Assembly (NCBI GenBank): GCA_002633005.1
Contig: NMRA01000294.1
Location: 1 to 64,000 of the forward strand
Length of the DNA: 64,000 bases
DNA from: Phoronis australis
Lineage: Eukaryota > Animalia > Phoronida
Direction: 5' to 3'
Below the pieces are notes generated by a model. It searched no databases. It was not told where the DNA came from and saw only the letters and a program-made list of their open reading frames with translations. Shown here one piece after another: positions 11,268-24,236 of the stretch; position 1 is the first letter of the stretch; every line of letters begins with the position of its first letter. Both the position numbers and the translations under genes were made by a program.

Positions 11268-14242
11268 CCAACGGGAGAAAGCCTGGAGATGTCTTTCCCG
11301 CAAAAGCTTGTTATCCAACACCTTCATTAAATCTTCATATTGATCAGTCCCTGTATAAATAATACTACTTGTACCATCACAGTAATAAACTCAATAGTTA
11401 GTTAACAATAACACGAGAAAAACGCATGCCACAACTACAGGCCTGTAACTGCGAGTATGGAGGTTTCATCAAACCTTCGAAAAAGTTAGAGACTTTGTAC
11501 AACAAAGAATAACGAGTGAGAGTGAAACAGTAGCTATGTAGTAGCAGGAGAAACACAGAACTGGCTGTCAACTTCTTGCAACACCCAAGATTGACAAATA
11601 GTGAATATCGAACTACCCTTTTGATTACCTGAATTGCAACGACACCTAACAGGAATCGCCTCGTTTTCCAAGCACATCTTGTATAAAGTGGGCAAAGCTG
11701 GCAGTGTCAATAAGAACACAATTCTGCTATTTCCAAACGTCAGCAAACCAAAGCCATTCATTCTCAAAAGCATTCAGATATCAGGGTATAAAACATGGCA
11801 AAAATAACGCTTACATACCTGGAGTCATCCATTCCCTAGGTTGAAGGGGGCCATGCCTGCACTCCGTATACACACTATTATCTTTATGCGTGTGTATATT
11901 CACGATGTGGTTTCCCAAGCTCTTCCACATCTCTAGACAAAGGACACAATCACCCTTACTTTCTGTGCCACACCTGTACACATGATTGATGATTGCGTCT
12001 TCCCACTTCTTCACCGATGGATACTTCTTGCTCAGTGGGGCCAGTTTTTTACGCAGACCTAGGAAGGTACAACAAATTAATGCAACAATTCAAGAGCTTA
12101 GAAACATGTGCCATCACAAATTAGTGAAATGCAACAAGAATCTTCTCAATATCACATGCTACTACCCAAGGCGAGAAGGGGTGCCGTGCAAGGATGATTG
12201 TAGTCCCACTTTTTCAAAATTGAAGACAATTCTTACATCGGCAAGTTCCCTTCCTAACAGAGCATATTCTCAAAGCCACCTTACTTTAATTTACTGCAAC
12301 ACACATATAAAAACGGTTCCAGTTGTTATCTACAACAGTTGATGAACCATGCCAAAATTTGCCTGCATACTTTAGTTAGAACAAAAACCTTGAAAGAAAA
12401 TTAGACTCAAAGTGACGAGAATTCACTAAAACTTTGCCAGACTTCAATGATAAGCATTTTCAGCAACTTTTTGTTTACCACTGTACCTTTAGCTGTATGC
12501 CAAATATCAAACAAGTGCTTGACAACAGTCCAGTAATCTGCAATCCATTTATTAACTGAAGGGTGACGATCTGTCACAATTGTCAGACTCTGAGGAGCCA
12601 CATGGTCCAACAGCTTCAGTCGGCACCTTTTGAAACCTTCTAATTCCATGTGGTAGGAGCCTGCAACTTCCGTTTTTCTGAAATTAACGAAGCAAAAACC
12701 AAAAATGAGTACAAAACTGACACCTGATAAGACTACATAAAAGACTGTACAAAACACCTAAATTATGCGTGAAAATTATAGTATTGGTCTAGCAGTAAGA
12801 GCAGATACCTGTGCCAGTTAGCTTACAATGTCACAAATTGTCTCTACTTACTGATCAAGAAAGATCACAAACAACAGGAAATGACTGAACATTACCATTC
12901 GAACATCACTCAGTGCAATATCAAAGCAAGAATACATTCGTATAAAAACTCTGCATCTTAAGTATACTATAAATCAATTTGTGAGATTTGAGTACACCAA
13001 AATTCTACCCACTTGACTCCACCTGGTCCTAGTACAGTTAATGAAAAGTAAAGTGTGTAGCTTGTCTCATTTCGGAAGTTCACAGATCCCTTTTGACTAA
13101 ACTAAACAACACCTGCCATGGAAATATATTCATGTGCAAAGATAATAGACACATTAGTAATCCAACCCGGGTCATGCACAATTTACGTAAAGTTTTTTTT
13201 TTACAAGTCATTTTTAATGCCTGCACCAGCTCCATGGCAACAATCTTGTTCGGTTTTAAGTCCATATAAGTATAGCTGCCGTATTTTGCTGTGTCCTGGG
13301 CTGTCGCAACGAACATCACCACCCTGAAGCATGTCATCACCCAGGGTTCTCAGGAGCTCGGCCTACTGTGTTTCCCAGACTCTCATGATGGCCCCGGTGA
13401 GGTACATCTTTTGGTGGTGGTAAAACGTTGAGTAGTGATAGGCCTTTACCCCCACGAATTTTAAAACCCTCAGGGTTTTTGATGCTGAACTGCCGGCACA
13501 AAGAATTGGTAGCGCCAGTAAAATGTTCCCAAGAGGCAGCTGGTCTATACTCGGCTGTGAGAACCAAGTGTAACCTGGGCAGTTTGCCTGAGAGCACACC
13601 TGATGGATCACCATCATGGTGCCGACAAACTTGATCAGCTGGGTTGTTGCCTTCCGTTTACATGTCATGAAAAATGACAATAACTGCAACAACATGGATT
13701 CGAAGACCAACAGGATTCTGTCATCATCTTTCGCCAAATACTTTTCCTGCTTTATTCTCGATGGTCTAAAAAAAAGAGAAACATGCAGCTACAACAGCAT
13801 AAATACACCAATGACAGTACTGCAGCAACAGTTCACCTTCCAAAAATTTTAAGGTGTGTATATTGCGACTTCAGATTTGAACATTAGTAATCTTACACAG
13901 CTAGTGACAGCCAACACTGCTGTCTGGTGTAAGTCAATGTATTGATAAGAAACATCTAAGAAGAAAACATGACTAGAATACAAAACAGCATACCAAAGGT
14001 ATCAGTTTCCTCATGTGCTATAGGACAATAAGAAGTACCCAGGGTTATCAAATAACTACCATTATATACCTTTTCATTTTCTCCGTGGAGCTGGGAATGT
14101 AAGATGACCCAGAGTCATCTACAGAGCTGGAAAAACTTGTACATGAACTTGATGGCTGTAGAGGAGTGCTTGGCAGAGCAAAAGGTGCCACGGGGGGTTT
14201 GACTGTCTTTTTGCTACTGCTCGTATTCCTCCATATCAGCTT
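11268..14242 (-). pseudogene. Intron-containing Kolobok(T2)-type DDE transposase pseudogene; exons approx. 14242-14070, 13765-13221, 12677-12487, 12058-11819, 11350-11268
   Basis: Motifs LVFESMLLQL..C..W.SQP..GNILL, GDVRCDSPGH/AKYGSYT, EVAGSYHMELEG, VTDRH, HLFDIWH, IINHVY, C.HGPL, KDISRLSP; AG/GT splice sites (one GC donor); one in-frame stop and frameshifts. Confidence 0.75.
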
Positions 14243-14477
14243 CTGATGAAACAAAATAAATATGCTTTAAAATGAGCATAATAATTCTATTTTTTGCGGC
14301 AACTGCTGAAGTGAATAAATAATCGTTATTTTTTATTTTCGCTTTTTAAAGTAACTACAGACACGATTACATGATAATTGGAATAAAATACATCCAAATA
14401 ACAATATCTTGAAGATACTTGGACCTTGCAATTTACACTTAAAGCAGATAGTTCAAATTTGTCTTCTGCCTTCAATG

Positions 14478-15765
14478 TAGTGATGGTTATGGATAATATG
14501 AGACCTGCTCAAACTTGAAACTGCTGTGTTTAAAATGCATTGCTCTTTTATACAAATCCTTTGCTGTATTTTCGTGTTAAGTGCCCAAGTTTAGACACAT
14601 GTTGGAGAATGCGGTGTGCACTGTGTCCTCGCCAATGACTAATTTGCCCTTCTCTGACTCGAGGCGGGAGTCAGTTGACTGACCAAACTTTGATGCAGTC
14701 ATGCGCCCTCTCCTTAACCCAAACCATGTATTATTGTTCCCTTGACCAATTGTAGTAAATTCTATATCTGAAACAGACTCTTTTGGCAACTTCAGTACCA
14801 AGAAGTCTTCCTTTATTCAGTCTGACTTAGGATGTTTTCCCTTCTGAGGCATCTTCTTAAAACACTGGTACTGACAGTCAATCATGTAATGTATTTCTTT
14901 ATTAATGGAATCAAAGAAATGTCAGTGCTGTCCATTGACAGACCAGCCTGTCTAGTCATATTTGTCTGAGTATTGTGTTCTCATCTGTGCCACGGCATCT
15001 TCCTTAGACACATATGGAGCATCAACTGTCAGCATCTGAAGAGCAGCAATTTCTAACCTGATTTCCTGATCACCATCTTCACTTGTGTTTTGCACTAAGT
15101 GCAAGGCACTATGCTTTACTTCACTTACAAACTCTGAAAAGCACAGCAATAGTAATTCAAAGGTAGAAAAATATTTTGACAAGTTTAAGTACATGACATT
15201 TACATGATGACACACCATCCACTGAACAACCAATGAATATAGTGATGGCTATGGATAATGTAAGACAAGGCTTCTCAAACTTGAAACTGCTGTGATTAAA
15301 ACGCATTGCTCTTTTATACAAATTCTTGGCTGTGTTTTTGTGTTAATTGCCCAAGTGAAGATTGCCCAAGTGTAGACTCATGTTGGTGAATGTGGTGTGC
15401 ACTGTGTCCTTGCCAACGACTTATTTCACCTTTTTTGATTCAAGGAGTGAGTCAGTTGACTGACCAAACTTTGATGCAGTCATGCGCCCTCTCCTTAATT
15501 CAAGTCATGTATTATTGTTCCCTTGACCAATTGTAGTCAACTCTATTTCTGAAACAGTCTCTTTTAACAACTTCAATGTCAAGAGGTCTTCCTTCATTGA
15601 GTCTGAGGCCAGTCAATGATTGGCGAACTGAGATATGTCAAGCTGTTTCCCCTTCTCAGGCATCTTATTTAAAACACTGGTACTGACAGTGAAAAGCACA
15701 GCTATAGCAATTCAAAAGTAGAAAAATATTTTGACACCTTTAAGTCCATGGCATTCACATGATGC
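14478..15765 (-). pseudogene. Tandem duplication carrying YqaJ/lambda-exonuclease-like N-terminal fragments
   Basis: TIGQGNNNTWFGLRRGRMTASKFG matches the TxGQxxNxxWxxxRxGRxTASxF motif; block 14478-15235 is repeated at 15240-15765 with an internal deletion. Confidence 0.65.
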
Positions 15766-15786
15766 CTATAGTAGAGTAACTTGACT

Positions 15787-16345
15787 TAGTAGCAGCGTTT
15801 TGTTTGTGTGGACTGTCTTGGTCCGTCAGTGAGATGGTTGTATTTCAGTAACTAAGTGTGGAACACTCAATTACACTAGTATAAGCAACTGGCAGTAGCA
15901 AGTTGAGGACCGTCTTCATTAGACAAGTGAACGTATTTATATACAAGTTACAAATATGAGGGTTGCATACACTAAACTTCATGATTCTAGATTCTACAGG
16001 AAATAACAGTAAACAACTCTAAGAACTTTCATAACAATCATCAGAACTATTCTGTTGTGTTTGCCAAAAATGGTAATGGTCAGCTATCTTGAGGCTATGA
16101 TTCTGTGAGAGACCATTACACAGTCTTGTTTATTACAGAGTTCATCAAAACGTGTGGACCCACGCATGCTCCGGATGGGTCGGTTGCTGATTCAGCTGAC
16201 AGTCAAAACAAGTTACTATATGCACAAACAATTTGCTAGCAAAGAAATATTATCAATAATACTGTCAAACTAACATACTAAGTAATAAACATATATATAT
16301 GTATATGTATATGTACATATCATGAATTTCACGCATTTCATGACA
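15787..16345 (-). mobile_element. 3' LTR of BEL/Pao element A
   Basis: On the - strand a purine-rich tract (gcggtgcgggag) directly precedes TGTCATGAAA; TATA-like motif inside; left end approximate. Confidence 0.6.
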
Positions 16346-18122
16346 CTCCCGCACCGCAAAGATAGCTGAATATTTTAGCGAGGGATTTTAGCTCCGTCCA
16401 TGTAGTGGATAGCTTTAATGTCGTCCAATTCTTTCCTGGCAGCATTACGTACCGGTTGAAAAAAGATGATGATGATGCTTTCAAAATCTGTCTTCTAGTC
16501 ACCTCTGTAACCATCAGTGTAAGCTGGGTAAAAGTTACGTCATCTGTGTTTGGGTGCCAGCAGAGTCCCAGGACATTGACTGACTCTTCACAGTCATCTG
16601 CCTGGTCATGTAGAAACTTGGCCTGTAGAATAGGGTCATTTGTAGCCCATGATCTCCGACTGAAACTAGCTGTCTGGAACAGTGAAGTGGTTGTTGCATA
16701 ATAGATCTGAGCTTCAGCAGTGTAGTCTTGTTGAGTCTGGGGAATATAGTGCCACCAATTATGTTGTCAACATAGATATTATTATGGATGTCTTGAGAAA
16801 TATGACTGGAGTTGTTGGCCAGATGAGTCTTTAGCTCAAATGTAGTCACGCGTAAGTTGGCTTATGCCGCTTTTGCTCCCGGTAAAAAGCACAGCGTGTT
16901 CAGAATTGTGAGTGTTGGACATATTTTCCCAACTGTCGGGACACTTGGCAATGAGGTGCCTGTATGAACCACAGCACATGCATGTCATACGTTTTCCGGT
17001 TGATCCTATCGGATTAAGGGGCCGCGCATCCGGTTGCCTGTCATTACTGACGCCCGGCTGCGTATATCCTCGTCCGCGACCACCTCTACCTCGGCCTCGC
17101 CACGGAGGTCGGCGCGCATAACCCGCGGCAAGGAGTACATCTTCATTTTCCATTAACCATGCTGGTTCAAGTTTGATGCCATTATTACCGGTTACAGCCC
17201 CGCCGCTCACAGTACCTGCAGTTGGGCAGTAGAATATCCGAAAGTGGATAAGTCGATCGTTTCTCTAGTAGCACGGTCAGTGTCAACATTCAAGTGCTGG
17301 GCGGCCCTGGCAGTCAGAATCGTTCGTTGCGGACCTTCATCGCATAAATTATTTACCTTAGTGCGATGCCTCTCTCTCTCTCAATGTTGGCAGCGGCAGT
17401 CTTCAACAAAACTGGCCTTGCTGTGGGTGCCAGGTGCACCTGAGCATTTGGAGTGGTACTCTGTGGGTTGGCGGTTGACGTGACCTCTTTGTTTGGTTGG
17501 CTGGTGTGCGAACTGTTGTTGTGTGCACCAGTGAGGACATTGTCGACGTAAATGTTGTTTTTGATGTCTTCCGCAGTTGACGAGTTGTACTTCTCGAGGT
17601 GGGTTTTCAACACGGAGTGTAGAATGAAGAGCGAACTGCGAGATCCAAACAGTACGGACTTGAATCGGTACACCTGAAATGGGCTTTCAGGGTCAGATGG
17701 GTCGCTGAGCCACAGGAACTTGGTGTAATCACGGTCATCTTCGTGAAGTCGTACGTTGAGAAAGGCCTTCTCAATGTCGCTGGAGAGTGCGATGGGGTGA
17801 GAGCGNNNNNNNNNNNNNNNNNNNNNNNNNNNNNNNNNNNNNNNNNNNNNNNNNNNNNNNNNNNNNNCATTTCGATGAAATCTCTGTCGAGCTGTTCTTG
17901 GATGATTTTGTTGTAGACAGCGAGGGTCTCAGCGGGCAGTCGGCGCACCAGGGATCGAGTTCTGTGGTAGGTAGTTCCGTAGTTCGATGGCAGGAATGGG
18001 TGGTCTGCTTTCCATGGCAAACGGGCAGTGTATTTACCATCCGCGTCTTGAGTGATGCTGGTTTCCCGGTAGGCTTCAAAATCTTGTGTAATTTGCACTG
18101 AATTATCTGTTATGCCAATGGT
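16346..18122 (-). mobile_element. Scrambled mosaic of BEL/Pao pol and gag-protease fragments plus a Copia gag fragment
   Basis: Two separate NNIYVDN RT segments, a VLLKTA / LCDEGPQRT protease segment, an LPWKADHP pre-RT segment; N gap at 17806-17867. Confidence 0.8.
16845..17205 (-). pseudogene. Copia (GalEa-like) gag zinc-knuckle fragment
   Basis: RG-rich stretch followed by LNPIGSTGKRMTCMCCGSYRHLIAKCP, the LNPxxxxG-CxxCxSxxHxxxxCP pattern. Confidence 0.55.
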
Positions 18123-18473
18123 TGTGGGTTTATATTGCACAAAGATAAAACCCGAGGAGGTTCGCATGATGTATTAAAAGCTTCTGATGTGATAGTACAA
18201 AAATCTAACATATAGCATGCAAGTGAACCTATTCGACCAATCAGAATGTGCGCCAAATATAAAACTAACCTATGGGGAAGATTAGCTAGGGCTGGGATGA
18301 TTTGTAAATATATGTCAAGAGGTAGCAATTAATAACTTTAGACTGAACATATACAGGAAATACCTAAGCTAAATATATGTCAAGAGGTAACAATTAATAA
18401 CTTGAACTGAACATGTACAGGAAGTACCTAAGCTAAATAAACCAAGAAAATCTGTCACAAACACATTCCAATA
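18123..18473 (-). repeat. 3' LTR of BEL element B
   Basis: tgtgggtttatattgcacaaag...caaacacattccaa shared with 23949-24236; preceded by PPT on the - strand. Confidence 0.9.
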
Positions 18474-18689
18474 TTCTCCCCGGGCGCGAAAAATGTTGAA
18501 CATAATAGTAAATGGTCGAAACCAGAAATAAATCAGGCAAAGATTAAATATTAAGTCAATACGGAAATAAAACAGCAAACAAATGTGAAACAAGACAGAC
18601 AATAAGCATAGTAAACAAGATATGTATGTCACAATCGAGTAAGTTATATAGAGTCCGTATCATGCAGTTTATGCTGACGTTTCCAAAGG

Positions 18690-21600
18690 GTAAAGTTTCT
18701 TAATGGGTCTACTGGTTAGTCCGTTTTTCGTTTTGAGAACCACAGAACGCACATGTCCATCATTACCGCGATTGAGTTTTTCCACTTTGCCCATATTCCA
18801 CATGACACGTGGGGGTATTTTCGTCATGTATAAGAACGATGTCACCACAACTTATGTTCACGGATTGGCAACCAGATTTGATAGTGTGATACTCGCGAAG
18901 AGATGTAAGATATTCGGATTTCCATCGCCGAGTAAAGGCATGTAACAGGTTGGAACGTCGTACGTATCGTTGCTCTACTGCTGACGCCCCAAATTCTGGG
19001 TCGTCGATGTCATCATCATCCACTGAATTGAACGGTAAACAACTGAGGCTGCGCCCATGCAATAAGTGAGCCGGAGTAAGCGGATCGGGGTCCTGTATGT
19101 CACTAGACAGAAATGTGATTGGTCTGTCATTAAGAAGACACTCACATTCAACAAGCAGAGTGCGCATCTCCTCAAAGTGAAGTTTCGATCGTCCAAGTAT
19201 TTTCTTAATCGTCGTTTTGGTAATGCCTATCAGTCTTTCCCAGAAACCACCATACCATGGGGCAAGCTGAGGGATGAATTTCCATTGCACGCGATGGTGA
19301 GCCAGGTGATTTTGAACATTGTCAGAGTCTATAAAGTGTTGAATATCTGTTACAGATCCCTGGAAGTTCGATCCATTATCAGATAACAAAATGCGAGGCA
19401 CTGATCGTCTACTGACAAAACGCCTAAACGCCTGTAGAAATGAAAGTACTGACATGTCTTGAACTAATTCCAAGTGAATGGCGCGTGTGGTGGCACATGT
19501 GAAAAGACAAATGTATGCTTTCAAGTCACGTCCATGATGCTGTTTAATTGACGAATGTCCAGTGTAATCGACTCCTGTTATTGCAAAAGGTTCTGCATCA
19601 CGAACACGATCTGCTGGTAAAGGTGGTGGATTAGAGGCGCGATATGGCGTGCCAACTATTTTGCGACGAGGGACACAAGTACGTGTTACTGCACGAACAC
19701 ATTGCCGTATCTGGGGTATCCAAAAGCTTTGACGTAGGAAAGTAGCTGTAGCATTAACACCACTATGCAAAGAACGTAAGTGAGCATCGCGGATGACTAG
19801 TTCCGTGAATCGATGTTTGGATGGCAACAAGATGGGGAATTTCGCGTCATCGGGGTCAGACGCATTGTGTATCCTACCTGAACTTCGAATGATATCATTG
19901 GCATCCACAAACAGTTTCAGATTGTGTACTGTGGGTTGTTTTCTCGAGCCTGATTTCATATGGTGTAGCTCCACAGCAAACATAGAGTGTTGCACGGCAA
20001 GTATCCATTGCTGTTCAGCTTTACTAAGTTCGGTTGCTGTCAATGTTGGAGACGTATGTTGAGGAATTTTACGTAGACAGTCAAGAAATCGGTTAATCCA
20101 TGATGTGACACGTAGGAGACGAGTGTAGGATGAAAATTCACTAATGTCCAATAGGTTATGTACTCCAGGGACTGGTGTGTTGTGATCGGGATTGCCTTGA
20201 GCATTGGTAGACAATACCACTGTCTGGGGCTTGGTATTTCACCATGATTGGTCTGGCCAGTCATTGTTTATCCAAGATGGCCCATTCCACCAGGTCATGG
20301 ATGACTGTAATTGTGTGTANGGATGAAAATTCACTAATGTCCAGTAGGTTATGTACTCCAGGGACTGGTGTGTTGTGATCGGGATTGCCTTGAGCATCGG
20401 TAGACAATAACACTGTCTGGGGCTTGGTATTTCTCCATGATTGGTCTGGCCAGTCATTGTTTATCCAAGATGGCCCATTCCACCAGGTCATGGATGACTG
20501 TAATTGTGTATAGTTGACACCTCTTGTGAGTAAATCAGCTGGGTTTGTTTGGGTTGGACAATACATCCAGCTGTGTGGGGGTGTGTGTTTGGTGATCTCC
20601 TTAATTCTGTTGTTGATAAACAAGGGTAAAGACTTTGTACTATTAATCCAGTGCAATACTATGTGGCTGTTTGACCACATATGTGTGTGGATAAAGTGAA
20701 GTCCACTGTTTGTCAGGTACATTGCTAACCTTGATCCAATTAATGCTGACATGAGATATAATTCAGGAAGAGTCCTCTTTTTACGCACTGGCGCAGCCCG
20801 AGTCTTTGACATAACGAATGCAGTGTGATTACCTTTCTGAATATATGCCACTGCACCGTAAGCTTTGACACTCCAGGCATCACAAAAAACATGTAACGAA
20901 ATTGGGTCTGCAGTATCATCGGTCGTGTTCGGGAAATATTGTCGTGGCAACGACAGTTGCGAACAGTGAGAAATGTCACCTTGGATTTGATGCCATGCGG
21001 ATGTGAGATTTGATGGGAGGGGCTCGTCCCAACCATAATTGTCCATCCAAAGTCGCTGAATGAACAGTTTAGCACGCACTGTAACTGGATTGGCGAGTCC
21101 GAGTGGATCAAACAGTTTAGCAGCGGTACTTACTATGTCACGCTTTGTGATGGGGTGGTCGCTATATGGCGCTGGATCAAACTAAGATGAAATATTCAGT
21201 TGGTCTGTTTGAGTGTTCCATTTAACTCCAAGAATTTTCACAGTGGTGGACTTTTCGGCAACATTATGGTCACGGGCAATGTCCATGAGTGCGGTGCTGT
21301 TGGAGCTCCACGATCTTAGATTAAATCCACCGTCATTCAGAAGTGTGCGGGCCTCTTCGAAAAAGTTGACTGCTGCTTTTTCAGTGGGAGTGCCAGTGAG
21401 CACGTTGTCAACATAAACATTGTGGCATATGGTTTCAGCAGTGTCCGTGGCGACCTGTTGTAAATGGTGTCTCAGAACAGCATTTAGAATGAACGGCGAG
21501 CAAGTAGCACCAAATAAGACTGTACGAAATTGGTACACTGTAAATTCACTGTCAGTATTGTCTGGGTCAATTGGCCACAAAAACTTCAGGTAATCACGAT

Positions 21601-23934
21601 CTTCTTGGTGTATCTGGATCTGATGGAAGGCCTTTTCGATGTCTGTCGAGATGGCCACGTTGTGCGTGCGGAAACGTAGTAGTATACCAGTCAGATCATT
21701 TATCAGTGAGGGGCCAACTTCCAAACAGTCGTTCAGACTTGGTGATTCCTTCCAGTCATATACAATGCGTATAGGCGTGGTTGTAGAATCGCGGAACACG
21801 GGTCGATGTGGTATGTAATGACCATTTGCTGGATTGCTGTCAGGGGCAAGTTCAATGATGCCCCGGCGTAACTGGTCTGTGATGATGTCTGCATACTGTG
21901 CACGAGTGGTGGAGTCTAGTTTTTCAATCATGGTACGTGTGCGCTTCGCTGCGACAGCATAGTTACTGGGTAGCGGGTCATGGTTAGATTTCCATGGAAG
22001 TTTCACTTCATATTGGTTGTTAACAAAGTTGATGTCGATGCTTGGTGCAGCTGGTGTTGTCTCTACCATAGTGTCTAGTTCCCACAGGCGCTCAATCGGG
22101 TCTTGCGATGCACTGACAAACATGACGGCAGACGCATTTGCACGTGAATTTGGGATAGCCCGAGTTGGGCCGGATAGTAGATATCCGAGTTTGGAACTGA
22201 TGGCAGTAGGTCCATCACCGCGTACAACAGTGTCTTGCACAAAACTCCAGTAGCTTTCTGCGCCAATAAGAATATCCACGGTGAATTGTCCATTTTGGCG
22301 GTAACTGTGGGCGAGGCGTAACCCACGGAGGTGCGTGCAGCGTTTTAGGTCGGACATCTCGATGTGTAGAGGTGCAGTGAGGCGGGGGACAATCACTACT
22401 TCCACAGGTATGCGTTCACCACTCAGGGTAGACAGGTAAATTTCTGAGACGTCATAATCGGTCATTGATTGCTGGTCACCGCCGAATGTTGTCACCTGAA
22501 TTCTTTCCTTACGAGTGGGTCGCAGTTGTAACTGGGAGGCAAGATTTGTTGTGATGAATGATCGTTGAGCGCCTTCATCGAATAAAACATTAGTGGACAT
22601 CGAATGATGATGGCCATCGCTAACGCATGCTGTGGCTGTCTTGAGGAGTACAGTATTATGTGACGAAAGATGAGTGACTGATGCAGCGGCATTGGTGTTG
22701 TCACGCTGAGAGTAGTCGTGGTGAGCATGGTTACCAGAGGAACGGTCGGTCACGGGCGCGATCCTAGTTTTGTTAGGTGCAGTGTTGTTGGCGTCTGAAC
22801 AGAGACTACTATGGTGTTTCTTACCACAGGTACGACATCGAAAACGTGATTTGCATGCTGAGACCATATGATTTCCCAGGCAGTTAAAACATACTTTGCT
22901 GTGTCGGATTTTGGCGAGCTTCTGGTCGTGTGACTGAGTGCATTCGATAGTCTTGTGGGAGTTGTTGACACAGTAAAAGCATGACTTCAGTGGTGGTTTG
23001 CAGTTCCGTATGACATGCGTATGGAATGCACTTGCAGATGGCGTGTTGTCATGGAATGCATGTAGAATGTCGAGTTCAATTCCCAGAAAGTGTCGTAGCT
23101 GGTTGAGGGTTATGTCCAGGTTACCGTCGGTGCGCCGTGCGATCGAACGTTTGATGGAGAATGGCAGTTTGTTCATCAGAACTGGCACAAGGAGACTGCC
23201 ATCGTATGAGCCGATAGCAGAGAGTTGTCTTAATTTGGTTTCCAGCGTGTCGTGGAAGGAGCGCAGTGTCGATGGGTGGTTGTCTGGGACGTCCAGTGTT
23301 GTAATGGACTCGATGAGGTTGGCTCGCAGTTTCGATGTACAGCCATACCGCTCTTGCAGGAGTTGGATCGCGATGTCCTAGTTAGTGTTGTCGATTGGGA
23401 GACCATCGATCAGTTGGAGTGCTTCGTCCACCAGCAGCGATTTGAGGTATACGAATTTTTGCACTGGTGGCAATGACTGAGAGTTGTGTATGCTGGCCTC
23501 GTACAGGTCCAAAACGTTTGATATTCCAGGATATTTCCGCCAAATTTCTGCAGCTGTAACGTTGGCATGCGAAAGGTGAAAGACGGTGTAGAAGTGTGGT
23601 TGGGCGTTGAGGATGGCGCTATTGCTGGTGGAGGTTGCTGTGCTGATGAGAAATTAAATTCAGCTATTGTCATTTGGATGTCTGTCACGTAGGAGTCATC
23701 GGTGAGCATTTCCTCTGCCGCTTGCTCGTCGTTTTCTATGGCTTGGTGGATTTGGTCGTTGAGGTCCTTGACAGCATCCAGTTTATCATTCAGGGTATCT
23801 AGAAGTGGTGTTGCTTGATGGGAGTCGTTCGGGAGGTTGGTGAGACGATGGAGCAGCGTTGTGATTTGCCCCTTCTGAGCAGTCCGTTTTGCCTTTAGCC
23901 GTTTCACATCCATGGGACTAGAGTTGAGGGTCAC
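18690..23934 (-). pseudogene. BEL/Pao gag-pol polyprotein, broken by frameshifts and stops
   Basis: Cys/His zinc knuckles, protease LFDEGAQRSFIT, RT DIEKAF...YVDN, RNaseH HVFCDA...NPADLLTRG, integrase GVDYTG...SDNG...GFWERL. Confidence 0.93.
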
Positions 23935-23941
23935 GGCACCA
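23930..23941 (-). promoter_or_regulatory. Primer-binding site TGGTGCCGTGAC, complementary to the tRNA-His 3' end
   Basis: Lies just inside the 5' LTR; + strand reads GTCACGGCACCA. Confidence 0.8.
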
Positions 23942-23948
23942 AAAAAGA

Positions 23949-24236
23949 TGTGGGTTTATATTGCACAAAGATGAAACCCGAGGTGGTTCGTATGATGTAT
24001 TAAAAGCTTCTGGTGAGATAGTATAAGGATGTTACATATAACATGCAAGTGAACATACTCGACCAATCAGAATGTGCGCCAAATATAAAACTAACCAATG
24101 GGGAAGATAACCTTGAACTGAACAAGAGCCGCCAAATATAAAACTAACCAATGGGGAAGATAACCTTGAACTGAACAAGAGCAGTAAACAACCAAGCTAA
24201 ACAACCAAGAAAACCTGTCACAAACACATTCCAAAA
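23949..24236 (-). repeat. 5' LTR of BEL element B, with an internal ~52-bp tandem duplication
   Basis: Homologous to 18123-18473; followed on the - strand by PBS and gag. Confidence 0.9.

Larger units (their letters stand above)
18123..24236 (-). mobile_element. Near full-length BEL/Pao LTR retrotransposon B, degenerate
   Basis: Two related LTRs (18123-18473, 23949-24236), PBS, PPT (cccggggagaa on - next to 18473); gag, PR, RT, RNaseH and IN in BEL order. Confidence 0.95.

Noticed and set aside
20128-20510. ~180-bp tandem duplication inside BEL B pol
   Set aside because: The junction coincides with a single N at 20320, so it is probably an unmerged contig overlap
22530-22600. Protease motif D-E-G instead of D-T/S-G as a novelty
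   Set aside because: It is present in both BEL A and B here and, to my knowledge, common in invertebrate BEL/Pao lineages
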